Positions 11,605 to 29,789 of a stretch of 64,000 nucleotides of DNA are shown in pieces. Position 1 is the stretch's first letter, and each line of letters opens with the position of its first letter. The stretch spans positions 186,001 through 250,000 of the forward strand of contig JAMDHS010000014.1 in the NCBI GenBank assembly GCA_029717555.1, written 5' to 3'. The stretch is from Peribolospora baueri. Lineage: Eukaryota. The position numbers and the translations under genes are program-made. Under the pieces are notes generated by a model. The model did not search any database. It saw only the letters and a list, made by a program, of their open reading frames with translations, and was not told the origin of the DNA.

Positions 11605-13093
11605 CTATTCGTCATCAAAGTCAAACAGCAAAAGATCCTCGTCGTCATCATCGACGCAGGAGGTGCCTCCCCACGTGGCTGCGGGCGTGAGCGAGACGTC
11701 TGACGTGGCGGGTGCAGCCTCGATGAGAGTGCCATTCGTCGCCGTCGAGGCGGAGAAGATGTTGCCAAAGTTGGGAGAAGGAAATGGTTCGGAGACGAGC
11801 GCTCGCCCGGGCAGCGGAAAAATGGTAGAGCTTGCTGGCGCTGCCGACGGCCAAGGCTCTTTCCGCCTCCATTTCGTCGTACCGTCTCGTGATGCCATCG
11901 ACGTCCCCTCCGCCTCCTCCGCCCCGCCAGGGCTGGCAGCCGAGCCCGAGTCGCTCAGCAGAACCTCTTCCTCCTCAGACAACGCCGGAAGCGATCCCGA
12001 ATCTCGTCGGAATGCGAGTATGCCACCCGAGCGCTGGCTTTCGCTCTCGCCCGTATCACCGTCACCGGCGTGTGACTCTGCAACATCCGAGTCTTCGTGC
12101 AGGTCGTCCTCTTGGCCTCGGCGGGACAAGGGGGAGAGGTTTTCGGGAAGATGGAGGGTGAGCTGGACGGGAGGAGAAAAAAACGCGGAAGGCGAGTTGC
12201 GTCATTTCTACAGTTTAGGACCTGTGAGACCCTTCCTACTAACCCTGAACGCCTCAGGAGAGATCACGAGCTGGTCCAGGGTCCTCAAAGCGTCGGAAAG
12301 AACAGCATGCAGGTTGAGGGGGCAAACATCATCGACGGTCATCGTCGTCGACTGAGGAGAAGGGATGACCGTCGACTGAGGAGAAGGCTGTTGAAGGAGG
12401 TTGTCGGAGTGCATAGGGTCGACCACCGGGAGCGCCGTCGGGGTCGCTGGACGCATCGGCGACGGCCATTCATAGGAGAGCGGCCGTTGGTCGACTGCGC
12501 CATCAACGAATAGACGCTGGGAGGATGAGGAAGTGGAGATAGATGTCTCCGCGAGGCGACTACTTGCCACCGGGTCGGCGGGTCCTTTGCCGTGGTGTAC
12601 TAGCGCTCGCCAAGCTTGGGCCTCGGCCGTCCCAACCATGCCATGGCCAACGCCTGCATCAAAAGGACGCACGTATTCAGAAATGAAATTGAGGAAGGTG
12701 AGAGAAGATCGCCCCTCCGCCATGCCAGCACCGTCGTTTTCGGTGCGCACAGCCCGGGCTGCGCGAGAACCTTGCCGTTGAGATTCCGGCGCACCACGCT
12801 GCCTAGGTGGCGTCGGGGGAACGGTCGGGTCGTCCTCGACGTCGAACGTTCGGCGCAGGCGAACGATCTTTGACCGACATGCTTTGTCGTTCACGGCGCG
12901 CAAACGCTGCAGGAGACAAATACATATATCGCGGGCCGTCCTAATCAACCAGAAGGACGCGTAAGAACGCACGACGGAGCGTTTGACGCACCTCGACCGC
13001 CGTCGCAACCCTCTTTTGGCGCCGCTCTCTTTCGGAGCACGCGCTCTGGGACGTAGACCCGTTCTCGCCAGCAACGGCGTCATCCTCGGCATG
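11605..13093 (-). CDS. Hypothetical low-complexity protein, probably spliced
   Basis: Long open frames (12208-13269 and 11605-12129) with gtgcgt...cag intron-like segments; acidic C-terminus DDDDEDLLLFDFDDE. No recognisable domain. Confidence 0.4.
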
Positions 13094-13899
13094 TCTGTTG
13101 GACTGAATGGAAACGACGAGCTTGCCGAGAGACTTGACCAGTGACGGAAGATGAGATGAGACTTTGACGGTACGCTAAGGACGAATGATTTCGAGGAAGA
13201 AGTGCACATGTTCCTATGACCATTATTTTCAACAGAATCACACCGTCCACTACCAGTCGTCCTCCTCACTCACGGCCAAGTGCGCTCCGCGAAAGAGACC
13301 GCCAAGCTCCTTCTTGCACGCCAGGTCCCTCCGAGCGGCTTTGGAGAGAGATAGTGCCAATAGATGCAAAAGCGGCAACGGAAGCTTGGGAGACGTTAGG
13401 TGTTGGATGAGATGGCGACGTTGGGTGGCTGCACACGAAAAGCCAAAGAGACGTAATCAGGCGCTGAAAGCTTGCCAAGCTATAGACGACGCATACGCAT
13501 ATATGCACCTTCCTCATTTCTCTCTAGCATCCTCCGAGCAGCGCGCAATTTCTTGTCTTCAGTTTCTCTTCGGCGCCTCTTGAGAGGTGGCCTGGAGGAC
13601 CAGACGAAGTCGAAAGTGACGTGGGAGAGATACGCCGTGCCCATCGCCGCTGCGTCGTCGCTCCGTTGAGAGGGTTGAAACGAGGCCTCAGCAGCGCCGG
13701 ATGTGGGTGGTGGATCGTGTGAGGTGGAAAAAAACGGGCGCGGAGAGCCGATGAGGCGTACTGAAGAAAGACAGCAAAGAACGACGTGTGGAGGAAGAAG
13801 GAGGGGTGCGTTTATGACGGGAGCGTCCTTGGATGAGTGCGGGCCGTAATCAAGGAGCATAGATGAGGACTCTGTTTTGGCGGACAAGCATACCGGTCA

Positions 13900-14553
13900 T
13901 CCACTCGTCTGCGTCGAGACCATGACTGGAAGCGTTCGCATCTGACGGGGAAAGGACAAGAAGATTGCGTAGGGCGAGTGGATCCAAGTTCTATACGTCA
14001 GGGATGCAAGGACGAGCCGGATGGAAATGAAGTGAGCGAATCGGTGGACGAGCTATGCCATCCGAGAGGGACGTGGACGGCAGAGGACGGACGCGCTGTG
14101 GAAGAATGCACAAGGAGCCGAGACAAGGCGGAGGGTTGGACGAACCGCCTGGAAGAAATCGACGATGGCCTGGGCGACGCCGCTGGCAGCGAGTTCGTCG
14201 TTGACGAGCTTCCTCTCTCTGTAGTCGGACGCGTCTGCCCCGCATTTCGAAGGTTTTCCTTGCAAGGGGGCAACGCGCGCGCGAACGAGCAGGTCTAGGA
14301 CGCCCTGGGGAAGCTTGATGTCAAGGTCGTGAAAGGCAGACGGGTCGGGTGTTAACATGGCCGACACGGGGTCAGGTCTGCGGAGGAAAGGCAGTTGGAG
14401 GTGGTGATGAACGGAAAGGGAGAGCCGGTAAGTTTGCGAGGAGGTCAGTATCGGATTGGAGCGCAGGACGTGGGCATGCATGCGTCGTCCTTCTCCTTCT
14501 CCTTCACGTTCGCCTGCTCCTTGTCCGGCGGCGTCGCCGTTACGAGCAGACAT
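13900..14553 (-). CDS. Possible short hypothetical gene or gene fragment, divergent from PKC1
   Basis: Protein-like segment PSAFHDLDIKLPQGVLDLLVRARV...ELAASGVAQAIVDFFQA flanked by intron-like sequence. Limits uncertain. Confidence 0.3.
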
Positions 14554-15322
14554 CGTCGTCGTCGTTGCGGCGTGTTGGAGGAGCGGTCGGACGTTGAGAC
14601 GGAGGCCGTCCCTACCATGGTCGCGGGGCCCTAACCCTAACGGCGGCGCACCGCCTCGTACCGCCGCGCAAGACCGTCGGTCGCCTGTGGACGCCGCCAG
14701 CCAGACCAAAGCAGCGGTGAGCGCGAAGGCGGTCGGGATTCCTGCTCCAGCACCTCCCACTCGACCACCATCGCCGCTTCGTCGACGACCGTCCCAGCTT
14801 CCTTCCTCCTCCTCGCACGCCCGTCCCCCATCCAGCCTCTCCTTGCCACCCCCTTCCGGTCCTGCTTCGCCTTCCGCCCTCGCCCTCGACGCCTCCACCG
14901 CCAGCCCCCTTCACCGCCTCGTCGGGCCCCGTTCATATCGGCACGCCGTCCCCGCGCCGACTCGACGTCCTTTCCCTCTGTCCGCTCCAGCTGCTTCCAC
15001 GTCTCCCACCTCGTCCTCGACCGGACTCCGGTTCTCGAGTCCAAATCCGGTTCGGACGACAGCCCAACCCCCACTCTTTGCCTTCTCGCCCCTCCTCAGC
15101 CTCTGACTCACCCCGCGTTACGCGACCCCGAGACGAGCCAAACGAGAGAGAGACGAGGAGAGGAACCTTTGAAGAAAGAAAGCAACGCCTGGGTTATTAC
15201 CTTGCCTTTTCATTCTTGCCGCCGTTCCCGACATAGACGACTCGCTCTTTTCCCGTTCTTCACCCGCTTCTCGACCTCGCCCCCACCCCTCCTAGGCTCC
15301 AGCCAGGTCCCATCTGCCAGCC

Positions 15323-19903
<4,581 letters not shown>

Positions 19904-21026
19904 GCGGGGGGAGTGTGTGTACGGCGTTATATACGAGTCCGCCTCGACGCTCCGCCCGTTTCAGATCCCCATCCCCGCTCGTGCCCGTCTCCTTCCTTCC
20001 TCCGCCGGTCTGTTAATACCTCTTTACGACGCTTCCCATCTTCTCGACCTCAATGACGCTTCCACCGCCGCTCTGCTAGCCGACGGACGGCGGCATGCCG
20101 ACGACCGCTTGTCTTTCTTTCCTTCTTCCGTCCGTCTGTTCTTCCCCTCTGGCTTGTTCTCCAGCCCGTCCATCTCTATCCCCCTTCCCCACCCCATCCC
20201 ACCCCACCCCACCCTTCCCCACCCCTCCCCGTTTCGCTCGGCACGGTCCGGATGATGTAATGTACAGAAACAGACTCGACTGGGGTGAATGGGGCCTGTT
20301 TGGAACCGGAGCCGCGACGGAGCCTTGGATGGCGCTCGGGCCGGAGTTGTGACGACGGATGGAAAGAAAGCACGTGCGAAATCATTCTTCTCCTTTATCC
20401 TCCTCCTTCTCCTTCCCCTTCTCCTTCTCCTCCTTCTCCTTCTCCTTCTTCCTCTTTCCATCTCCTTTTCTCTCAACTGAGCTTATACTCAGACAAAGAG
20501 GCTCGATGGAACGGCTTTACTTACGTCGAACGAGGTGCGCTTCTAAGCGTCAACCTTCGAATCTTGTGCTGACGACGTTCGTCAGCGTGCGATTTGAGCG
20601 TGAGTACAAGAGAAGAAGAAAAGAAGCGGGACGCCCCAGGTACATCCGCCGCCAACAACAACGACCACCAAGCGACGGCAGCAATTGGCTCCGAGCGCCG
20701 ATCAGACGAGGTGGAGAGGAGCGCCCTCGGATTATGCACATGCACACCACAGACACAGACACAGAAGGACGGGAAGATGGATGGATGGATGGATGTCGGA
20801 CGAACCTGTCGGAAGGAGCGGATGGTGTTGGTCGCCGACGGCTAAATATCCCACAAGTTGTAGGTCGGTACACCCAACCTCGCAACCTCCGCCAGCGTCG
20901 TCCACCTCCCACCACCTCCTCCTTCCACCCTCGCCCTCCCCGCTCACTCCCCTCACGCTCCTTTCTACAGCCCCTACTCCGACCCCTTGAGCCCCTCCCC
21001 TCGTTCCACCTCGACGCCGTTCCTCC

Positions 21027-24000
21027 ATGCGTCCCTCCCTCGCCGCCCTCCTACCCCTCCTACCCCTCCTCGCCTCCTCCGCCGCCTCCAGGTCGACCGG
21101 CTTCAAGCAAAGGGCGAACCACCCGGCCGGCCTGGGCAGGAGGAGCGCACAGCACTCTTCGTCTTCTCCAACTCCTTCTTCTTCTTCTTCTCCTTCTTCC
21201 TCTTCCTCCCAGCCCCCTAACAATGGCATCCTCGGAGGCCTCGTCGCACAGCTCGGCCTCGGCCAGGGCAACATTCCCAATCTCCTCGGCCCGCTCCTCT
21301 CCAACAACACCTTTGACTAGTGAGTGGAGCCTCCTTGAACGGGGCGCTCGCCGTCATCCAGCGCGCCGACCTTGTCCCTGTCTTTTCTCTCTTTTCTTCT
21401 TCCCTCGGCCTTGCCCCTCCTTCTTACGCTCCACAGCATCGTCGTCGGCGGAGGTACCGCGGGCCTCACTGTCGCTGGAAGGCTCACCGAGGACCCCAAC
21501 GTCACCGTCGCCGTCATCGAGGCCGGTGTCGACTGTGAGTCGCGCCTCGAGCAGACACCGCACCCTTCTTTCCCCTGACTTCTCTCCACCCGCCTCTCCT
21601 CGTCCTCCCCGTCGACCATCGTCATCAGACCTGGCCGACCCCGTCAATGCCTTATTCGTCAACATCCCAGGCGCCGACGTCGCCAGTGTCGGGTCCAGCC
21701 CCCAGGACACTAATAACATTGAGTGAGTGACCGCCTCTGGGAGGCAGGCAAGCGTCCGTGTTCAGCGTCTTGCTCCCGTTCCAACTCACCGCGCTTCACC
21801 TCTCCCCGATACAGTTGGCAATTCCAGACCGCGCCGCAGAAGGTGAGAGGAAGAAAGAGGGGCCCAAGTTGCGCGCCAAACCTCCGTTCTCACTGACTGT
21901 CTCCGTCCGCCTCCTCTTTCGCCCGCGCCGATCGATCCGTAGGGAGCTGCGAAGTGAGACGCTCGACTTGGCGAGGTCAGACCGCCTCACGCTTGCTTCG
22001 GTTCCGCTCACGCTCGCTCCAAAACTTGCTCAGTCGACAGGTCCACTACGCTCGTGGCAAGACCCTCGGCGGTTCCAGCGCGCGCAACTTCATGTGAGTC
22101 GCTCCACATCGCGTGCGTGGATCCGTACGACTTATCCGTTTCCCCTATCATCACCGCGCGACCTCCGCCTGGCAGGATATACCAGCGTGGTACGAAGGGG
22201 AGCTACGACCAGTGGGAGTCCTTGGGCAACCCAGGTTGGGGCTGGGACTCGGTCTACCCGTACTTCCAGAAGGCGAGCCCCGGTAGTGTGGCAGAATGTT
22301 GGACGTCGGCGTTCATCCAAGCTGACCGAACGGCCGTCCCCGCGCTCTCAGACCGTCCACTTCACCCCCCCGAACCACGCTCTCCGCCAAGAGGACCCTC
22401 CGGCAGAGTACAAAGCGGCCGCGTTCTCCCCGTCTGGTGGTCCTGTGCAGGTCTCGTACCCCAACTATGCCCAGACGTTCTCCTCGTACATGCAGCGGTC
22501 CTTCAACGAGATCGGCATGCCCACCGCTCAGGACTTCAACTCGGGCTCCCTCCTCGGCGTTCAGTACAACTCGGGGCTCATCAATCCTAACGGCGGGAAC
22601 AGGAGCTCGAGCAGGCAGTTCTACGCCCAGGCACAATCGAGACCCAACCTCAAGGTGTACACCGCCGCGACGGCCAAGAAGATCGTGAGTCGAGTCGAGT
22701 CTCGGCGCGCAAGCACTGTCTGCTCGCACGCGCGTATCAGCCATATCGACGCTCCCCTCCCTTTTCTTCCGCCTTTGTCAGGTTTTCAACGCCAATAAGA
22801 GGGCTGTAGGCGTGCAGATGAGCTACTTGCCCGGCGGCCTTCTCACCACGGCCGGTCTTTACGCCAGTGAGTTTCGACTGCCGCTGTTTGCCTCTTGCAC
22901 GCCCTATTCGTTCCGCTAGACGTTGTCGCTCAATTGCTCGCCCGGTCTGCTCTTCACAGCCAAGGAGGTAATCCTGTCCGCCGGCGCGTTCCAATCTCCT
23001 CAATTGCTCATGGTCTCCGGCATAGGGCCCAAGGACGCCATCGGAGCTCTCGGCATCGACGTCATCTCGGACCTGTCCGGCGTGGGTCAGAACATGCAGG
23101 ACCATATCTTCTTCGGTCCTTCCTACGTCACTCCTCTCACCAGCCTCACCCGCCTCGCCAACGACCCCGTCTACCAGGCCGCCCAGCTCCTCAATTTCAC
23201 CACTCACCAGCTCGGCCCGTTTACGAACCACGTCGCGGACCTACTCGGCTGGGAGCGGTTCAACGACTCCTTCATCACCGCCAACAACGCCAGCGTGCTC
23301 AACTCGGCCTACCCGTCCGACTGGCCCTTTGTCGAATACCTCTCCGCCGCAGGCTACGTTGGCAACTTTTCCAGCCTTCTATTTGGTCAGCCGAAGCTCC
23401 CGCTCGGACAGCAGTACGTCTCCATCCTCGCCGCCCTCGTCGCTCCGGTGAGTGTCGTGTCGTGTGTTGCCTCCCGTTCCGTTCCTCCCACTCATTCTGG
23501 CCCGCCCGCCCCCCTTTGCCGCTTGTCTGCCGTGGCCCTTCTGACACTTCTCTTTCCATTCCCATTCCGGATACTTTTGATCGCCCCGGCAGAGATCACG
23601 AGGAACGGTGACGATCAAATCGGCCGACACGGCCGATCTGCCCATCATCGACCCCAACTGGTGAGCGACGCTTTGCTCCTAGGCTCTCTTCCTCAGTGAA
23701 TGAACGTTACACACACATACACACGGCATGTTGACTGGACGTTGTTGTCACCCACGCTCGCTTTCCATTCCCTCGGCGTGTCGCGACAGGCTCACTGACC
23801 CGGTCGACCAGGCCGTCGCCATCGAAGCCTTCAAGCGCGTCCGCGAGGCCTTTGCGACCGAGGCGATGAAGCCAGTCGTGATCGGCGCCGAGTACTTCCC
23901 CGGGCCGAGCGTCCAAACCGACGATCAGATCCTCCAATTCATCCGCCAAAACCTAATGACCGTCTGGCACGCCGCTTGCACGTGCGCCATGCTCCCGCTC

Positions 24001-24189
24001 GAGAACGGGGGCGTGCTCGATCCGCAGCTGCAAGTGTACGGCGTACAGAGCCTTCGAGTCGTCGACGCATCCGCCTTCCCGTCCTTGCCGCCCGGTCACC
24101 CGACGTCGAGCGTGTACATGCTCGCTGAGAAGGCCGCCGACCTCATCAAATCTGCCGCCGCTTCTTCTTCTTCTTCTTCTTCTGCTTGA
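21027..24189 (+). CDS. Secreted GMC oxidoreductase (CAZy AA3_2-like), many exons
   Basis: Signal peptide MRPSLAALLPLL; FDYIVVGGGTAG...VIEAG; ARGKTLGGSSARNFM; EVILSAGAFQSPQLLMVSGIG; VGQNMQDH; catalytic VWHAACTC and LRVVDASAFP..PPGHP. Confidence 0.95.
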
Positions 24190-25149
24190 GCTTGCCCCGG
24201 TCCTTTGCACAAAGTGGAGTGGTGGTCGTCGTCGTTCGCCTCCCTGTTCCGCCCTCCCTTCTCCGCCCGCCGCCGTTCGCGCAAAGCAACCGGTCACGAC
24301 ACCACGACGACAACAACAACGACGAACGAACGAACAAAGCCCGCCTTGACGCCTTCCCTTGGACGCACACACACACACGCACACACACCCCGCTTCGGCT
24401 CGCCGCGAGGGTTTTCGCGTCGCAGAGCACGGTAGAGCAGCCCGGTGCCCGGGGGGTTCCCCGAAGGGGGGGGGGGGCAGTCTGGCGTTGGAAGGAAGGA
24501 TACCATCGTACGGACAAACGGGATGAAGACTGTCCCGCCCACCCACATCTCCTCTTTTATCTATATATCTATCTATCTGTTTAATTCTAATGCGATCGAT
24601 TGGAAAACGGGATTCATTCGGCGCGGTCCGTTTTCCGTCTCATTCAGTGACTAATTCGAGTCGAGGTCATGTCCAGTCGTGTCGACACGTCTCCAGTCGG
24701 TCGGTCGGTCGGTAGGTCGGTCGGGCGAAAACGAGCACCGACGTTAACTTTGACAAAGGCCTGCGATATGAAAGAGTGCTTCGCTCGACCGCTTTGATGC
24801 ACGTCCTCTGAACCAAGATCGTATCCGAGAAAGTGGTATATTCGTTCATAAACAGAAGCAGGCACGGGTACGTGCAACTGACTGAACTGACGGGCAACGC
24901 GAGAGATCTCAAGGTGAGAGAAGAGACACGGGACGACAGGTGATAGGCGGAGACCCCGCCGTGGGGGCGTGATAAAAATAGCATGGTCAAGAATGAAAGC
25001 ACCTCCGGCGTGCGAGGAGGGAGACAGAAAGACGCTATAAAAAGAACCTGGCGGACAAATTAGATCTGAGGAAGAGGAGAATGTTCGAATCGCCACCTGA
25101 TCATCCCGCCGTCACGCCATCCGCGCAGATAAGCGGTCCATGCGACCGC

Positions 25150-26585
25150 CTACAGCGTGGTGCCAAAAACCCAGTCCCAGATGGGCGAGGTGACGCCGAA
25201 GCCAAGGTCGGGGTTCTTGTAGTGGTGCTCAAGGTGGTACTTCTTCTGCTTCCGGAGGTACTCAGGGAGGCGGGTGTGATGAAGCGCGTAGTGACCTGGT
25301 GGGGAGGGAGAGGGAGAAGAAAATGGGACGAGAGGGTGTGAGGAAGACATGATGGAGTGGCGGGAAACCAACACGAGAAGCTCACCCAAGTCGTAGACAA
25401 TGTCTGCAGATAGAGTGATTCGGGTCAAAAAGAGTTTTCTGGAGGTCAGCACTGCCACGGTCCATCAATTTGTCTCAGAGTATCGAATACTCACACATCC
25501 CAAAGCTACCGGCAATGATACCGTTGGCAATGGCCACGGGGAAGAGGAGGTAAGCAAGTCGGGTGAAGGGGTAGGAAAGCGCGGCGAAAAGAATGGGAGG
25601 CATGACGAGGCGCAAGCTGGCAGCGGGGGCGTGTGAGATGGCGTGTATGTAAAAACGCCAGGAACGGGTGAGCGGCGCGCGCACAAGGGACGGTCGTCAC
25701 AGACGACCAGTTTACTCACCGATCCATCGGCAGGTAGTGATGAACGCCGTGCAAGAGGAAGTGGAGCATGAGGAAGAAAGGCTTGTCGGGGAGGAAACCG
25801 TCGACGTGGAAGAGGAAACGGTGCATGCCGTACTCGAGGATGGTCCAGATCACGTTCCCGAGCAAGAAACAGGTGGCCGTCTTGGCGGCAGGGCCGGTGC
25901 CGAGCATGGTGAGGTCCATGTGACCGTCCTGCACGAACGACCAAAAGTCTCCGGCGTCGACTCCGCCCCTGGCGAACTGCTGGACGGAGCGGAGGAAGAG
26001 GGCGGCGGTGATGGGCGCCCACACCATCGGCACCACGTACCACGGCGTACGGGTGAACATCTCCAGGTAAAAGGGTTCAAAGAACCGGGCGGGCTCCTTA
26101 AGGTGACGGGGTTGGTGGACCTGCTCGAGGTAGAACTTTTTGCCGAAATTGGCCCTGAGCACCTGGAGCACGAGGGGCCTGTTGAGGTCCAGGAACCGGG
26201 TCTTGGCGAAGTCAGAGGTAGGGTCCGAGTCCTCGGGGACAAAGTCGTCGGTGATGATGATTTCTTTGCCCTGCTCGGTTCCCTCTTCCGCTGCGACGCG
26301 CTCATCGTCGCTGACAGGGAGACGGCCGATGAGATGCTCCTCGAGGAGGTCAAAGGCCGAGTCGGAGTGATCGTGCTCGGAGGGGTCGTTCATGATGTCG
26401 CCGAGGTCCTTTCCGGCGTAACGCATCACGAGATCCTCCCCTCCTGGGTGGTCGGGGACGAAGTCGGAGACATCGTACACCTTTCCGTCATGGATCAGCC
26501 AGCAGTCGTCCTCGCGAGCGTGGCGAGCCACTTCGTCCGCCGAGATGACGCGGACGCGGCGGGTGGAGGCGGTGGCGGTGGTCAT
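25150..26585 (-). CDS. SCS7: Sphingolipid fatty-acid alpha-hydroxylase with cytochrome b5 domain
   Basis: VYDVSDFVPDHPGG (cytochrome b5); histidine boxes HRFLFH, HGVHH, HYALHH, HLEHH; GFGVTS..WDWVFGT. Confidence 0.96.
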
Positions 26586-27007
26586 GGAGGGAGTGGCGAA
26601 GTACAAACGACAAGCTGCCGCGGGGCTGGGCTGGGCCAAGACTACTTAGCGCTCACAGAGAAGAGAGTGGTGGAGAAGATGAGAGTGGAGGTCCCAAGTC
26701 AGCTTCTTGTCTTTCTTGTCTCTCGTCGTCGTCCTTCGTCGGCAGAAATTTCCGACGCCGGGATGTCGACTGCCGACGCGAGCATGGCCAGCACCTCACG
26801 CGTGTACATTATACGCCGGCGTAGTAGTGAGTATATACGCATAGAGGCGCTCACACGTGATCCCAACGCATTTCTCTCCAAAAAGACTGCGGCGACGTCG
26901 GCGAAGCCGACCGTCGTGGTGGTGGTGAGCGACCGATTCTTGCCCGGCTGCGTCTCCCGTCCGGTCTCCGTCCAAATAGCAGCGAACGACCCCGACCACG
27001 ACCGGAC

Positions 27008-27667
27008 ATGGCGCTCGCACCGACAGAGGGCCCGGGCTCGCAGCCCTCGTCGTCCTCAGCTCCTCCGGCAGCCACGTTTTCCAAACTAGGTCTCGACCCT
27101 TTCCTCGTCCGAGCGCTGACCGCCATGTCCATCACGTCGCCCACCGAGATCCAGCGAGCCTGCATTCCACCCATCCTCACCGGCCGGGACTGCATCGGGG
27201 GTGCGAAAACCGGAAGCGGAAAGACGATCGCTTTCGCCGCTCCGATATTGCAGGAGCTCGCCAGGGATCCTTATGGCGTTTTCGCCGTCGTGCTGACCCC
27301 GACCAGGTGAGCGGAACAGTGGACATGGACGTCGATGGACGGCGGCAAGGTTGCTATGCCTCTGGTTTACCTGGTTGTCCAATCATATTCGCTCACAGGG
27401 AGCTCGCCTTTCAAATATCGGAACAGTTCCAAGCCTTGGGACACAGCATCAACCTCTCCTCTTCCGTCGTCGTCGGAGGCCTTGACATGATGTCCCAAGC
27501 CGCCGAGCTCCGGCAACGTCCGCACGTCATCATCGCCACGCCCGGCCGTCTGGCGGACCACTTGCGAAACTCGGGCAGAAACGGCGAGTGGGATTTGAAA
27601 AAGTGCAGGTTCTTGGTGAGCGTCTGGCAGGTCGAATGTGGGTGCCGTTGTCGGCCAGCGCGCTCAC

Positions 27668-27698
<31 letters not shown>

Positions 27699-28988
27699 CC
27701 CTTCGGCGTCTGCCCAGGTCCTCGACGAGGCGGACCGATTACTCACTCCCACCTTTGCACCCGAGCTGGCGTGCATTTTCGAGAACATGGCCCCACAACG
27801 ACAGACGCTGCTCTTCACCGCCACCGTCACCGAGGCCATCATGGCGCTACAGAACCGTGCTCCGCCGAATGGCAAGCAGAGGCCGTTCATGCACAAGGTC
27901 GAGAGCGAGTGAGTGGGCTGTCTTTTGTTGCATGCCCGCCGGAGCAGGCGATCTCAAAAAAACCTGGCCCGTGTTTTCACCTTTCTTCCAGCCATCTCAC
28001 CGTCTCCACCCTCCACCAACGCTACGTCTTCCTTCCGTCGCACGTCCGCGAGCCGTACCTCTACTACCTGCTCCTCCACCCGCCAGACTCGGTCCAGCGG
28101 CGCAAAGTTCCCGCGCCGAGCGAGGCGGCGGTGGCACGAAACGCGCACAAGGACAAGGGGAAGGGGAAGGGAAAAAGGGGGGATGGAGGCAAGGGAAAGG
28201 AAAAGGCGGTGGTGGCCAACGTCGAGCCGGCGGAGGAGGTGCCGACGACGATCATCTTCACGTCGCGGTGCCGGACCGCGGCGCTGCTCTCGCTCATGCT
28301 CCAGTCTCTCGCCGTGCCGTGCGCGCCGTTGCATTCCCGGCTGTCCCAGTCAGCCCGGTTGGCGAGCTTGGACGAGTTTCGGGCGCATCGCGTGCCGGTG
28401 CTGGTAGCGACGGACGTGGGTTCGAGAGGACTGGACATACCGGAGGTGGAGATGGTGATCAACTACGACCTGCCTGGCGCTTGGGAGGATTACGTGCACA
28501 GGGTGGGAAGGACGGCTCGAGCGGGGAGAAAGGGGACGAGCGTGAGCTTTGTGACGGAGCGCGATACGGAGCTGGTGGGCGTGATTGAGGAGAGGGTAGG
28601 GGCTCGGATGGAGGAGCTGGAGCTGCCGGAGGAGCAGGTGTTGGAGAAGCTGAACGCTGTAGCGACGGCCAAGCGGGTGGCGAGCATGGTGAGCGCCGAG
28701 CTCCGTTTTGTCATCGTCGGCTTCTCTCGACCGTTTGTGATCGTGATGGAGCGTGCACGGGCGAGCCGTCTGCTTATTTTGCACTTTTTTTTTGATTGAT
28801 TGATTGATTCTTTTTTTTTCCATTTCGGACAGACGCTACACGACGAGAAATGGGGAGAGCGAGAGGAGACGAACAAGCTAAAGCGGGAGCGGGCCATGGG
28901 CGTGTCCAGCAAGGCTGCCAAGGGAGCCAAGTGGTCGTCGACGAAGGAGGCGAGGACGAAGAAGACGGAGAAGGAGAAGAAGCGGTAG
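27008..28988 (+). CDS. DBP8: DEAD-box RNA helicase (DDX49/Dbp8)
   Basis: [68 protein letters not shown]. Confidence 0.93.
27671..27698. repeat. Poly(T) tract inside a DBP8 intron
   Basis: Run of about 28 T between branch point and acceptor. Confidence 0.9.
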
Positions 28989-29789
28989 CGAAGGCGGTCG
29001 TAGGGAGCGATGGGGAGCGGCGTCGCTCTCGTCTCGTCGAAGGCGTGTAGGATACCCGACGGATGGGTCGTCGTCGTCGCCGCCTTCGTCGCCATCCACG
29101 ACCGTGTTTCGCAGCTCGTGCGTGCGTACCCAGCCGTGCCGGCACGGCTTCAGCCGTACCCGGTCCTCCCCGGCTGTTGGGTTCGTTCGTTCGATACACA
29201 CACACGCATGCTAAACTTTTGGAACGGGCACACGATCCGTCGTCGGCGTCCACGTATCTCCGCCGCGCCGCCCACGCGCTCTTTGGTGTGTCTGAGCGAG
29301 CGGTATGAAAGAGAAGGGTGAGACAAGTGTCTGGGACTGTAGAAGAGGAAAAAGAAGAAAATCGTCCGAATCCGTCTCCCTCCGTTCGGCTGGGGGGACG
29401 GAAAGAGGGAGGGAGATGGGCGGGGGCGATGCTCGGCCGACGGGACGGTGTCTTGTGTTGTCGATGCTCGAACGCCGACCCGACAGTCGTCGACCGGATG
29501 GATGGTGGCCAGTGGGTGATTCCGAGACGGTGACAGAAAGAAAGGCGGTTCGACCATGTTGGTCGGAAGGAAGCGGCGCGGGTCGACTACTGACCGACTG
29601 ACACATACGCCCAATCGTCCGTCTCGGGTGTCGGTGTAATGAAAACCGGTCGGTCGGCGGCGACGGCGACGGCGAAGCATCTTTGGCTTCGTCCTCGTTC
29701 GTTCGTTTCGGGACCAGAAACGGCGTAGGGCGCAGATGACGAAGGAAGCACGGGTCGGTTCGATGGACGAATGGTCTCGTGTCATCGTC

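Noticed and set aside
14629..14641. CCCTAACCCTAA as a telomere
   Set aside because: Only two units at an internal position; treated as a telo-box at most.
20359..21026. Upstream 455-aa ORF overlapping the start of the GMC gene
   Set aside because: Low-complexity translation of pyrimidine tracts; the real gene starts at 21027 in another frame.
25075..25105. GTTCGAATC resembling a tRNA T-loop / B-box
   Set aside because: No acceptor, D or anticodon stems around it; it lies just downstream of the SCS7 stop codon.
25668..27089. Long antisense ORFs (also 17569-18756, 51119-51994, 59568-60245)
   Set aside because: Shadow ORFs opposite real GC3-rich genes, with no independent protein signature.
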